Shown: positions 31,874 through 41,859, counted from the stretch's first letter. The stretch: DNA of 64,000 nucleotides from an uncultured bacterium (GCA_963827235.1 CAWHAE010000009.1:224001-288000); one strand, 5' to 3'. Translations and numbers: made by a program. The notes: a model not told the origin generated them from the letters alone.

Positions 31874-33112
31874 TCAGACAGTGCGCCCTGGCCGGCGAGA
31901 GTACCTCCCAGGACTGCAGAAAAGCGCAGCGCTGACTACGCCTGCCAGGCACACCAGGCCGAGCAACACCACGGTGGCCTGTACGCCGGCGTGCGCTGCC
32001 AGCACGCCCACCAGCATGCCGCCGATCGGCGTCGTGCCGGCGAAGAGCAGGTAGTAGAGGCTCATCACACGTCCGCGCAGATGATCCGGCGCGGACATCT
32101 GGAGGCGGGTGCTGGCGCTGGAGCTGAAGGTGATGCTGGCCACGCCCAACACCACCAGCAACCCCAGCGTGACCGGCATCCAGGTGGAGATCCCTACCAG
32201 TGCCAGTACGACCGAAAAGACAAGTGCGGCGACCATGATCACCGTTTGCGAAGTCTGCCGTGCCGAGGCCACGCCGAGCGCGGCGACCACCGAGCCCACG
32301 CCGAGCGCCGACGTCAGCAAGCCAAGGCCTAGCGCACCGGCGTGCAAGGTGTACCTCGCCAGCAGCGGCAGCACGGTGCCGAAGTTGTAGCCGAACGTGC
32401 CGACGATACCGACCATGGTCAACGTGCGCAGCACATCGGGAGCGCCGACGGCGTAGCGGATCCCTGCCCCTATCTGCCGGAATACGGTGCCGCGCGCCGG
32501 TCCGGCCACGGCATGGAACTCCCGCGGACGCATGATCGCTAGGCCCACGAGCACCGGCAGGAAGCTGGCCGCATTGATCAGAAATGCCTGACCGATGCCG
32601 ATGGCGCTGATCACAATGCCGGCCAGAGCGGGGCCGACCACCCTCGCCGCATTGAACAGCATGCTATTGAGAGCAACCGCATTTTGCAGCTGCTCGTGTC
32701 CGACCAACTGCGCCACGAATGCCTGTCGGGCCGGATTGTCCACCGCGTTGACGGTGCCCAGCAGGAAGGCCACCACGTAGATTTCCCACAACTGGACCGC
32801 ATTGGTGACGACCAGCATGCCAAGCAGCACGGCCTGCAGAGCAGCCACGCTCTGCGTGCAGAACACCAAGTTGCGCCTGGGCACCCGGTCGGCGATCACG
32901 CCGCCGACCAGCGTCAACGCCGTCACCGGCAGGAACTGCAACATGGTGACCGTGCCCAGCGCCGTCGGGGAGTTGGTCAGCTTCAGGACCAGCCACGCTT
33001 GTGCCGTGGTCTGCATCCAGGTGCCGCTGATCGAGATCAGCTGCCCGAGCCAGAAGACGCGATAGTTGTAGATGGCAAGGGAGCGAAACGTCCGGCCGAA
33101 GCGCACCCTCAT
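31874..33112 (-). CDS. MFS transporter (MFS_3 / efflux type)
   Basis: FWLGQLISISGTWMQ, GVIADRVPRR, DNPARQAF, LRGRVMS; ATGA overlap with marR. Confidence 0.92.
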   Translation of the reverse strand: MRVRFGRTFRSLAIYNYRVFWLGQLISISGTWMQTTAQAWLVLKLTNSPTALGTVTMLQFLPVTALTLVGGVIADRVPRRNLVFCTQSVAALQAVLLGMLVVTNAVQLWEIYVVAFLLGTVNAVDNPARQAFVAQLVGHEQLQNAVALNSMLFNAARVVGPALAGIVISAIGIGQAFLINAASFLPVLVGLAIMRPREFHAVAGPARGTVFRQIGAGIRYAVGAPDVLRTLTMVGIVGTFGYNFGTVLPLLARYTLHAGALGLGLLTSALGVGSVVAALGVASARQTSQTVIMVAALVFSVVLALVGISTWMPVTLGLLVVLGVASITFSSSASTRLQMSAPDHLRGRVMSLYYLLFAGTTPIGGMLVGVLAAHAGVQATVVLLGLVCLAGVVSAALFCSPGRYSRRPGRTV

Positions 33113-33573
33113 GTACTGGATAGCTCCTGGGCTTCGGCGCTCGGTGCCTGCACACGCTCGATGCCCGCTGCCACCAGCTCCAGCATCTCGGTCACCCGTT
33201 CGAGATCCGGTCCAAGCTGGTCTGCCAGCGTCGTGAGGAGCGCACGATTGCCCTCCCCGATCGTGCCGACGGCTGCCGCACCGTCGGCGGTAAGCGTGAG
33301 CGGGATCACGCGCCGGTCGGCCACCAACCGGCCACGCTCTACCAATCCGGCGCGTACCAGCTTGTCCACCAGTCCACTCACGGTCGCCGTGGTCAAGCCG
33401 AGATGGCGAGCCAGCACATGGGTGGTGACGCCGGGCTGTGCTCGAATCTTGAATAGGACTCGCAACTGCGGCAGCGTCACACCCTGCTCTTCCCATACGT
33501 GCAGGCGAAGCGTCTCCACGTAATGCACCAGCGACCAATACGCACTGCGAAAGCGCTGTTCGATATCACCCAT
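33109..33573 (-). CDS. MarR family regulator
   Basis: VTLPQLRVL, TVSGLVDKLVRAGLVER, DRR...LT..G. Confidence 0.92.
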   Translation of the reverse strand: MGDIEQRFRSAYWSLVHYVETLRLHVWEEQGVTLPQLRVLFKIRAQPGVTTHVLARHLGLTTATVSGLVDKLVRAGLVERGRLVADRRVIPLTLTADGAAAVGTIGEGNRALLTTLADQLGPDLERVTEMLELVAAGIERVQAPSAEAQELSST

Positions 33574-33579
33574 AGCTTC

Positions 33580-33622
33580 ATACTACGGCATATCCTAACA
33601 ATTAGCTATCGCCTGCCTAATT
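33580..33622 (-). promoter_or_regulatory. marR promoter and operator
   Basis: TAGTAT 6 nt before the ATG; inverted repeat AATTAG-N11-CTAATT at 33600-33622. Confidence 0.55.
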
Positions 33623-33639
33623 ACCGTTGCGGGACGCGC

Positions 33640-33960
33640 AACTCCACATGCCCTGGCTGCCCTGCAACAAGCTGGCGACCAGGCCGGTCAGGTGGACCGG
33701 GACCTCCATTCCCTCGATAGCTCCGTCATTCGTGCCCATCAGCACGCCGGCGCGGCAGAGGGGGGACCCGGCGACCGAAGCGCCCGGGCGCTCGCGGGCC
33801 GGGTTCAGCACCAGAGTGCACGTCCGGGCCGCGGGGCAGGGCAAACCGGTCGTCTTCGTCCTGACGGCGGGCAAGCGGCACGACCATGCCGCGGTGGGGC
33901 GCTGATGACGCGGAGGCCATCAAGCGGGCGGGGCGGGGACGATCATGGTTGCGCCCGCGG
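33640..33960 (+). mobile_element. IS5-family transposase remnant
   Basis: LDSSVIRAHQHAGAA, then shifted frame GRSRAGFSTRVH...G.PVVFVLTAG.RHD. Confidence 0.8.
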
Positions 33961-34001
33961 CGACTGGACGGGACGAGCGGCCCAGACACGACAAAGGGAC
34001 G

Positions 34002-34901
34002 TCACCCGGCAGGCTGATCGTCGAGAATCTGCACGTCGAGTTCCTGCAGCTGAGCGGGGTCGGCAAGCACGTCGATGGCGACGATCTTGCCGGAGACGAT
34101 CGTGAACTCGAAGACGCCGCGAGGCTTGCCGCCCGAAGCCCAGACGGCGCCCACAGCCCCGTCCACCAGTGCGGCTTGCGCGCCCTGCGCCCGCCCTGTG
34201 AAGGTCCTTGCGACGGCCGTCGCACCTCGGACCTCGGCTTCCAGTTGCGCGCGAGGCCGCGCCACGGCGGCGCGGTCGGCCCGGAGCACGACGTCGGGAT
34301 CGAGCAGTGCCAGCAACGCGCTAAAATCGCCGTTGCGCGCGGCCGCCAGGAACGCATCCACGATGGCACGCTGGCGCGTGCGATCGGCGTCGGGAGTCGC
34401 CGCCGAGCCCTGCACGCGACGTCGAGCGCGGCTGGCGAGCTGCCGCGCCGCAACCGGCGACCGACCGACGATCGTGGCGATCTCGTCGAACGGCACGCCA
34501 AACACGTCGTGCAAGATAAATGCGAGCCGCTCGGCGGGCTCCAGCGCCTCCAGGACGACCAGCAAGGCAGGACCGACCGCGTCCGCCAGCAGCGCCTCCT
34601 GAGCGGGATCGGGGCCGCCCGTCGCGCGCACCACCGGCTCAGGAGCGTGCAGATCCAGCGATTCTTCACGGCGCGATCGCCGTGCCTCCAGCATATTCAG
34701 GCAGACCCGCGAGACCACGGTCGTGAGCCAGCCACCAAGGTTCACTACGCCGTCGGCGCTGGCGCGGCTGACCCGGAGCCACGCCTCCTGGACGGCGTCG
34801 TCCGCCTCGGTCGTCGAGCCGAGCAGCCGGAATGCCACCGCCTGCATATGGGCGCGGTGGTCTTCGAAGCGCTGTGCCAGCCACTCGCGTTCGTCCATCA
34901 C
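34002..34901 (-). CDS. ECF41-like sigma factor with SnoaL-like extension
   Basis: AFRLLGS..EADDAVQEAWLR, AFILHDVFGVPFDEIA, RQLASRARRRV, LLDPDVVLRAD. Confidence 0.92.
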   Translation of the reverse strand: MMDEREWLAQRFEDHRAHMQAVAFRLLGSTTEADDAVQEAWLRVSRASADGVVNLGGWLTTVVSRVCLNMLEARRSRREESLDLHAPEPVVRATGGPDPAQEALLADAVGPALLVVLEALEPAERLAFILHDVFGVPFDEIATIVGRSPVAARQLASRARRRVQGSAATPDADRTRQRAIVDAFLAAARNGDFSALLALLDPDVVLRADRAAVARPRAQLEAEVRGATAVARTFTGRAQGAQAALVDGAVGAVWASGGKPRGVFEFTIVSGKIVAIDVLADPAQLQELDVQILDDQPAG

Positions 34902-34912
34902 TGCCCTTCCCT

Positions 34913-34974
34913 GGTCACGTTTTATCGCCGCTACCTGTCATGATACTGACCGGTGGAATACGGCCGGGGTGACA
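34913..34974. promoter_or_regulatory. Pair of ECF41-type promoters on opposite strands
   Basis: Plus: GGTCACG-N16-TGTC (34913-34939). Minus: TGTCACC-N16-GGTC (34974-34948). Confidence 0.6.
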
Positions 34975-35006
34975 CAGCGAGTGTAGCGAGTGAGAGGAAA
35001 CCAGCC

Positions 35007-35477
35007 GTGACGGACATCCAGAAGTCGGCCAGGAGTACCACCAGCAAGGCGTCCACCGGATTCTCGGACGAGGAACGAGCCGCTATGCGGGAGCGCGTCC
35101 AAGAGCAGCAGGTGGCCACGCGCCGCGACCAGCGCGCGGTCAAGGAGGACGGGGAAAGCGACGTGCTCGCGAAGATCGCCGAGATGCCGGAATCGGATCG
35201 CGCCCTGGCCGAGCGACTCCATGCCCTCATCACCGCCAGCGCGCCGGCCCTCGCGCCGAGAACCTGGTACGGGATGCCCGCGTATGCCAAGGATGGCAAC
35301 GTCGTCTGCTTCTTCCAAAGTGCGCAGAAGTTCAAGACGCGGTACGCGACGCTCGGCTTCAGCGACAAGGCGAACCTCGACGAAGGCGCCATGTGGCCGA
35401 CCGCCTTCGCGCTGACGGAGTTGACCGCCGACGACGAGACACGGATAGGCGCGCTCGTGAAGCAAGCCGTGAGCTAA
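35007..35477 (+). CDS. DUF1801 (YdhG-like) protein
   Basis: [43 protein letters not shown]. Confidence 0.9.
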   Translation: MTDIQKSARSTTSKASTGFSDEERAAMRERVQEQQVATRRDQRAVKEDGESDVLAKIAEMPESDRALAERLHALITASAPALAPRTWYGMPAYAKDGNVVCFFQSAQKFKTRYATLGFSDKANLDEGAMWPTAFALTELTADDETRIGALVKQAVS

Positions 35478-35488
35478 AGGACTGAGAG

Positions 35489-35734
35489 GTGACAACGATG
35501 AAGACGATGACCTGTAAACAAATGGGAGGACCTTGTGATGCCTCATTCCATGGAAACACGGCTGATGAGGTGATAAAAGCGCAAGATAAGCATCTGAAAG
35601 ACATGGTCGCCGGAGGTGATGAAACGCACAGAAGCGCCCTGAAGAGCATGCAGGGTAGGTGGAAGAATCCCGTGTCAGGAATGGGGTGGTACCTAAGAAC
35701 AAAGAAGGCCTTTGCTGCTCTTTCCGAAGACTGA
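35489..35734 (+). CDS. Small DUF1059-like protein
   Basis: MKTMTC.QMGGPCD..F.G.T..E......H; markedly lower GC than its flanks. Confidence 0.75.
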   Translation: MTTMKTMTCKQMGGPCDASFHGNTADEVIKAQDKHLKDMVAGGDETHRSALKSMQGRWKNPVSGMGWYLRTKKAFAALSED

Positions 35735-36069
35735 TCGGTCATCGATGCTTCTGCGGTGCGAGTGGCGGCAGTTCTCGCATTCACGTCGATCTGGCAGGCG
35801 AGCACCACCGACCTGACATCGAATATCGCTTGGCGTGGGATGCTATAGTGGTGGACCACTATGGTGGAAGTTGGTGGTCGGAGAGTACTCGGTCCACGAC
35901 GTAGCGCATCGCCTGCGACGACGGTCGACAACGTTGAAGCATACTCTACGATGAAAGCGGATGTACGAACTCGCTAGCACATGAGCCTAAGCGAGATGGC
36001 CGGCGGCCGAGCACGAGCGAGCCTGTGGCTTCGACTATGACTGCTGCGCCGACTGAAGGGAGGACCACG

Positions 36070-36627
36070 ATGCGCCGGCTGTTCAGGCTCTTTGCCCTAG
36101 GAAGCCTCGTCCTAACGGCCACGGCGGTGCGCATGCCCGCCGTGCACGCAGGCTCTCGCGACGCGGCAACCGTCGCGACGTGCCAGGCCAACGCCTTGAG
36201 CATCGCGCCTGATCTCGTCTCGGGCGCCACGGGCCACATTGCTGTGGAGATGCGGGTGCGCAACGTCTCTGGGATGCCGTGTGCTTTGGAAGGCTACGCC
36301 ACGCTCGTGCTCCTGGACGGGTCTCGTCGACCGCTGCTGACGGTCCTGACGTGGGGCTCGCGCTACTTCACGATCTTCAACCGCCCGGTCCGCTTGGTGA
36401 CGCTGGCACCCCGCGGCAACGCGTACCTGGCCCTGGGCTGGTCGCACATTCCTGAGCCAGGCCAGACCTGCCCGAAGGCGCCCAACCTGCTGGTCTTGCC
36501 GCCTGGAGCCACGAGCGCACTCTTGGTGGCGCTGGGTAAGCCCAGCACGCTGTCCTATGGCCCGATTGATGCGTGCGGTGGGGCACTCGCCGTCTCGCCC
36601 ATCGAGCCGACGCACTTCAGTTTGTAG
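36070..36627 (+). CDS. Secreted DUF4232 protein
   Basis: Signal peptide; C....L, GATGH, N.SG.PC.LEGY, VTLAP, PPG. Confidence 0.82.
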   Translation: MRRLFRLFALGSLVLTATAVRMPAVHAGSRDAATVATCQANALSIAPDLVSGATGHIAVEMRVRNVSGMPCALEGYATLVLLDGSRRPLLTVLTWGSRYFTIFNRPVRLVTLAPRGNAYLALGWSHIPEPGQTCPKAPNLLVLPPGATSALLVALGKPSTLSYGPIDACGGALAVSPIEPTHFSL

Positions 36628-37049
36628 TGCAGGTCGGTGCACGGCATAGGTCAGGGCGGAACACTTGCGCCCGACGCGAACGCTTGCGGTGTAGTACTCC
36701 GCGGCGTTCCCACCACGTCAGACGTCTGCGAGGGCGCTAGCGAGCTGATGAATAGCTAGACATACCGCCGCTAGACCACTGGTGCGCCGGTCTGACAACA
36801 TAATCGTCGCACAACTGCTGCGCTGTATCGCACGACATAGCGTCGTGCAGTCCCACCGGCTACTCTGCAGGGTGACACAGGTGCAGGTACAGGAGTGCCC
36901 GCTGGACGCGCTCACGCGACCGGGCATGACCCTCGACGACCAGTTGAGGTCGTTGCGCAGGCTGCTATGCCCGGCCGTGGGCCCGGGCCGCGCAGCTGGC
37001 CACTCGCTCGTGATGATCTACGCTTCGTTGGATTGCGGAGGAGACTCGT

Positions 37050-37787
37050 ATGGAACCGATTCCGATCACCGGCCACCAGCAGCTGCACCCCTATGCCTGT
37101 CGCGGGTTGAGTATCGACCCCGACCCGCCCGAGGTCGGGCAGCCCAGCCTGATCAGCCTGTTGCTGGTCAATTCCGACCCTCTGCCGCTCACCGTGTCAC
37201 ACGTGGAATTCAGCGTGGCTCGCTTCGGTATCGGCGTCCTTGAACCGGAGCACCTCCCGCCACTGGGACCATTCGTCATGCCGGCAGATCCTGACCATAC
37301 CGAACTGGTGCGTGTGACCTGGACGCCGGGCGAGAGCGGTCACCGCTGCGTGCAAGCGCTCATCCATATTGCTGGGTGCTCGCAGCCACAGCGGCTGCGC
37401 CGCAACGTATTGGTCCTGGAGGAAGTGGACTCTAGCCGGCGAGAGTGGCAGATTCCCTTCCGGCTAGGGAATCCAGATACGGAGCCGGCGGCGCTCGTGC
37501 TGAGCACGGTAGGCGATGCCGCGCGCAGCGTCGCCGCGCTGATGATGGTGAAGGGACGCTATGTGCCGCTTGGCCAGCCGATCCAGATGGCGCCACGGGA
37601 AGAAGTGGACGCTATGCTGGTCCTGCTGGCCCCTCGGGCAGCGACTGGCGAGATCGCTCTCGGGCTCGAGGCGACAAGCGGTGGGCGCCTGATCGACGGT
37701 ATCCAACTGGAGGTGCGGCGGTCGGGGACCTGGCAGGGACTCGGCCTTGATAGCACGCGCGACGTAGCGCGCCTGGTATCTGTGTGA
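37050..37787 (+). CDS. Hypothetical protein, probably two beta-sandwich domains
   Basis: GGAGGAG RBS; P.PP.VG.P, FGIG, WTP..SGHRCVQ, RRNV, F.LGNP. Confidence 0.65.
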   Translation: MEPIPITGHQQLHPYACRGLSIDPDPPEVGQPSLISLLLVNSDPLPLTVSHVEFSVARFGIGVLEPEHLPPLGPFVMPADPDHTELVRVTWTPGESGHRCVQALIHIAGCSQPQRLRRNVLVLEEVDSSRREWQIPFRLGNPDTEPAALVLSTVGDAARSVAALMMVKGRYVPLGQPIQMAPREEVDAMLVLLAPRAATGEIALGLEATSGGRLIDGIQLEVRRSGTWQGLGLDSTRDVARLVSV

Positions 37788-38081
37788 GGCAGCGCTGCAC
37801 CAGGATTCGCCATCGGGCAGGTTGCAGGCGGTATCGAGCGGCCGAGGTTGCGCGCCTAAGTCGTGGTGACCGGTCAGGTCGTGACAGTCTTGTGCGAGCC
37901 AACGTGATTCGCGATGAGCGCGCGCATGCGCTCTGACGCGTGACGCTTCGATTGATGTTGCATTGAGAGACTGTCTTCAGATCTGGCGCGATTTCCAGGT
38001 CGTCGAGAACGAGACCGACCTGCGGGTGCGACGAGCGCAAAAACTAATACCTCGTCTACCCTCTCGGGTCTCAGGCGCTGG

Positions 38082-38517
38082 TCACAATCTGCCCCGATGC
38101 CGCTCCTTGGCCTTGGCACGCTTGACCGCACTTCGGTGCTCTTCCCGCCGCACGGCCTCCTCCCGTCGAGCCGCCTCCCTTCGGGCAGCCTCCTCGGCAA
38201 TCGCGGCCTTGACGGCGGCTTGCGCGGCTGTACCGACCACGGAAGCCTTCCGCTCTTTTGCCCTGCCCCTGGCTTGTCGCTTCGGACTCGTTCGTTGGTG
38301 CTCGACCGCAGCGCGTGAGTTCAGGGGAGTGGCCGGAGCAGCGCACGCTCGAATCCAACAGTGCGTCATAGCCGTGCAGCGAGAAGGCGAGGACCTCGGC
38401 GCCCGACGGCTCCGCACCGAATACGTGGCGCGCCGCCCGCACGTGGCCATCTTCGAGAATCTCAAGGAGGCCTACCCAGAACTGACCATCAAAATACACG
38501 GTGAACGTCGTCGACAT
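38082..38517 (-). CDS. yjdF: YjdF (DUF2992) family protein; +1 frameshift at ~38353
   Basis: [11 protein letters not shown]...[12 protein letters not shown] in ORF 38071-38685; SPKR, GTAAQ.A and K.KERHRGR in ORF 38082-38465. Confidence 0.85.
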
Positions 38518-38519
38518 CG

Positions 38520-38670
38520 CTTCGCTCCCAGGCACACTCAAGTGACCCGGCAGCAACAGGACTCTTCGATGCCGAAGTGACGGGCTAGTACGTCCGGTGT
38601 CCTGCCACGAACCCCGTACGACTGCCATCCGGACTTCCTCCGGACCGTGCAATTCGTGCAGCCAGCGTAG
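38520..38670 (-). ncRNA. Structured 5' leader of yjdF, candidate yjdF-like riboswitch
   Basis: ~150 nt between extended -10 TGgTACACT and the ATG, with stems TCCGG/CCGGA, GGCTGC/GCAGTC, GGCAGGAC/GTCCTGTT and CTTCG/CGAAG. Confidence 0.4.
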
Positions 38671-38895
38671 AAATGAGTGTACCACCGGCAGTCCCCGTCG
38701 CGGTATTCGGGCGCGCTTTCGGGCGCTATCTTTTGTAACGGGTGATCCGTAGGCCTGGCATAGTCAGCCGCTACCCGCGGGCACGAAGGCTCAGGAGTCA
38801 GCGCTCAGCGCACTTTGTCCCGTTGCCACATGCCATGCCGGCAAGCTGCAGAAGTCGTTGCTGCGCCGCGAAAGTGAAACTCGCCTGTGGCATCC

Positions 38896-39438
38896 ATGCC
38901 GGTTCGCTTTACTGCCCGGCTCCGTCTAGAGCCTATTGGCCCACAGCATGCGGACGGCCTCTGGCGGTTGTTTCAGGATCCTGCCGTCGCTGCCTGGTAC
39001 GGACCTTGGACCCGCCAGATGGCGCAGGATGAAGCCGCCCGCATCGGTGTGTGCTGGGCGGCCGATGGCGTTCATAAATGGATGGCGTACGACCGCCTGA
39101 GCGGTGGCCTCGTCGGGCGCGGCGGACTTTCGCGGACGCGCCTGGCTGGCCGGGACTACCTTGAGGTCGGCTGGGCGCTGCTGCACCAGTTCTGGGGCCA
39201 CGGCTACGCAACGGAGATTGGACAGGCTGCAATCACCTTCGCCTTTGACGAGCTGGACGCCGCCGAGATTGTGTCCTTCACTGAAGTTCGAAACACCCGG
39301 TCGCGCGCTGTGATGGAGCGGCTCGGCTTCCAGTTAGTACGCGAGTACGTACCCGAGAACGGCAGCGAGCCTTTCGCCCTCTACGCGCTCAGCCGATCCG
39401 GCGTCAACGAGCCGACAGACAAGCCTGACAACGGCTAA
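38896..39438 (+). CDS. GNAT acetyltransferase, RimJ/RimL type
   Basis: TARLRLEP, EVGWAL...FWGHGYATE, N.RSRAVMERLGF. Confidence 0.92.
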   Translation: MPVRFTARLRLEPIGPQHADGLWRLFQDPAVAAWYGPWTRQMAQDEAARIGVCWAADGVHKWMAYDRLSGGLVGRGGLSRTRLAGRDYLEVGWALLHQFWGHGYATEIGQAAITFAFDELDAAEIVSFTEVRNTRSRAVMERLGFQLVREYVPENGSEPFALYALSRSGVNEPTDKPDNG

Positions 39439-39829
39439 GGGATATGCGCCCATATCGGGCTCAGCATCTCTCGGCAACTCGAGCCCGGTTCGCGCATTCT
39501 GCCAGCGCACCGATGCGGTCAGCTTGCTGCTTGGGCATGCATCTGGTCACCCCGCCGTCTCCCGTCCTGAGGATCACCTTCCCCGTGCTTGGGCCTTCGA
39601 CGTACCTTTTGCCACCGACGGTTGGTAAAGCGCTCCATGGCTCGCGCCACTCACGACTTTGCAGCACGCTCTCGTGCTTGCCACAGGCGCATTCGCGCTG
39701 CTGGCTCACGACGGTGACGCCGGACGCGGCACGTCGAATGTGCGTCCGCGCGTTGCGGCGCAGCGTGGTACAACGGGGAAGGCAGACTGGCATGCTGCAA
39801 GGACCGGATGTCGAAAGGGGCGCGCTGCG

Positions 39830-40709
39830 ATGGATGTGGCCATTGGACTGCCGGCGACCATACCCGGCGTGGAAGGACCGGCGCTGGTTGCCTGGGCGCA
39901 GCGCGCAGAGGCGCGCGGGTTCTCGAGCCTGGGCGTGATCGACAGGCTCGTGTACCCGAACTACGAGCCGCTCATCGCCCTCACTGCGGCGGCCGCCGTG
40001 ACCACGCGTATCCGCTTGACGACCGCGATTCTTGATCGCGCCACTGCGGACGAACACTGCCATGCTCGCCAAGCAAGCCGCGTCGCTGGACCGCCTCTCA
40101 GGCGGGCGGCTCGTGCTCGGCCTCGCAGTGGGCGGCCGAGAGGACGACTTTGTTGCCAGTGGGGCCGACATGCACACGCGCGGGCGAGCATTCGAGCAGC
40201 AGCTTCTCGAGTTGAAGCGCATCTGGAGCGAGGAGCGCGAGGACTGGCAGGTGGCCATTGGTCCGCGACCGGCCCGCGCTGGTGGGCCCGAGTTGATTAT
40301 CGGCGGGCAAGCCGAGGTCACCTTCAAACGAGCGGCGACGCACGGAAGCGGCTGGATCATGGGCGGAGGGACGCCCGACAACTTCGCGACCGGGCTGCAG
40401 GCGCTCCGCCAGGCCTGGAGCGCTGCCGGTCGCACCGACACGCCGCGGAACATCGCCCTGTGCTACTTCGCGCTCGGCCCGGACAGCAGGTCGCATGCAG
40501 ATCAGTATCTCCGGCACTACTATGCGTTTATGCCGCAGTACGTCGACATGGTCGCAACGAGTGCCGCTGTGAGCGAGCAGATGGTGCGGAGCTACGCGGA
40601 TGCCTTCGCCGCAGCGGGCTGCGACGAGCTGATCGCCTTCCCCTGTTCGGCCGATCTGGAGCAAGTCGATTTGCTCGCATCGGCAGTCGCATCCTACCTC
40701 AGGTCGTAG
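39830..40709 (+). CDS. Luciferase-like (LLM) flavin/F420-dependent oxidoreductase; +1 frameshift at ~40030
   Basis: WAQRAEARGFSSL..IDRL, AAVTTRIRL.T, then APLR...LAKQAASLD.LSGGRL.LG. Confidence 0.87.
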
Positions 40710-41029
40710 AAAGACTTCGGCGACCTTGGATGCCGGGGTGCCGCCCCCAGCGGCCAGGCGGTGCATTCCACTGGTCGTGCAATCACCGATGTGCGAGGCA
40801 GCGCCACTGCTGCCGGGACACGGCAGTCGGAGTGCATACGGTTGCGACTCCGAGCGACACATCTCCACGATCTGGTGGGCCATGGCGTTCGCCTGGACCA
40901 GAAGTGGTCCGAGGGTTTGCGCACCGGCGGCACCAGCGTGCCTGGCCAACCGAACGATCAACAAGAGAGCGAGCACCTGTTCCAGGGTGCTCGCTCTCGA
41001 GGCTTTGCAGCGTGCCGTCATCCAGTGGT

Positions 41030-41550
41030 TGGCTACGCTCGCTTCCGGCATCCTGAAGCCCCTGAACAACAGCCAGAACGGGAGCAGGATGATCTCGAAC
41101 GAGGCCACGGGAAGGGCAAGAAACTGCGTTGAGCCACCCGGAGAGGTGTCAATGAGATCGAACCAGCCGGCAATGCCCCCGAACAACACCAGGGCGTAGC
41201 CGATCAAGCCAACCACGGAGATACTTCGTGGCACGAGTCGGAACCGGAACAGCATCCAGGTAAAGAGCAATCCACCCAGCCCGAGCATGAGAAGATGATC
41301 GACCACAGCAGGGAGCCCATTCAATCGCTCCCCTCTGCGGATACACCTTGGCCAGATAGCCGGAGGCGTTCAGGATCGGATCCAGGAGAAAAGCCGCTGG
41401 GATGCTGACGGCCGCGGTAATCAGAAAGAGGGCCGCAATCACGATCTCTGCCCTGCGCTGGCTTGCATCCACGGCGCGCTGGGTCCTGTCCTCTTCCCGC
41501 GGTGACATCTCCACCACGTCATGTAGCGCAGCGCTCTTGAGGTTCATCAT
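41030..41550 (-). pseudogene. DUF4386 membrane protein with internal deletion
   Basis: N-terminal ALFLITAAVSI..LLDPIL...YL is joined out of frame at ~41320 to C-terminal LFRFRLVPR.IS..GLIGY...PVASFEI...WLLFRGF. Confidence 0.7.
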
Positions 41551-41586
41551 GTTCGTGTCTCCATTTGTGCAAGCTACTGGTGCGTT

Positions 41587-41859
41587 TCACGGTCCGATAT
41601 CCGGCGCTTCCGCCTGTGCGGGTACAACGTGCATGACCGAGAGCAACGGCAGGCCGAGATCGCGTACTTTCCTCAGCACGGCGTGCAACGCGGCCTGATC
41701 AATGACTGGTCCGGCTAGAAGCGTGTCGCCGTTGTCTACTCGCCTGAGGGTCAGACCCGCGAACCAATCGGCCCACCGGTCGTCAAGGTGTCCCTTGATG
41801 CGAATCTCGTACAGTACAGGCTCGTCTTGCTCGTCAGCTGGTGCGCGTGTTTCGCTCAT
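41587..41859 (-). CDS. Conserved small protein typically found beside MalT-like regulators
   Basis: YEIRIKGHLDDRWADWF.GL...G.T.L.G.V.DQAALH.VL.KVRDLGLPLLSV. Confidence 0.8.
   Translation of the reverse strand: MSETRAPADEQDEPVLYEIRIKGHLDDRWADWFAGLTLRRVDNGDTLLAGPVIDQAALHAVLRKVRDLGLPLLSVMHVVPAQAEAPDIGP

Noticed and set aside
36740-36780. CTGATGA, a hammerhead-like core
   Set aside because: No downstream stem II or GAAA element
38625-38645. GAGGAAGTCCGG resembling the RNase P RNA P4 region (minus strand)
   Set aside because: Lacks the third A and the 3' partner motif, and the space before yjdF is too short
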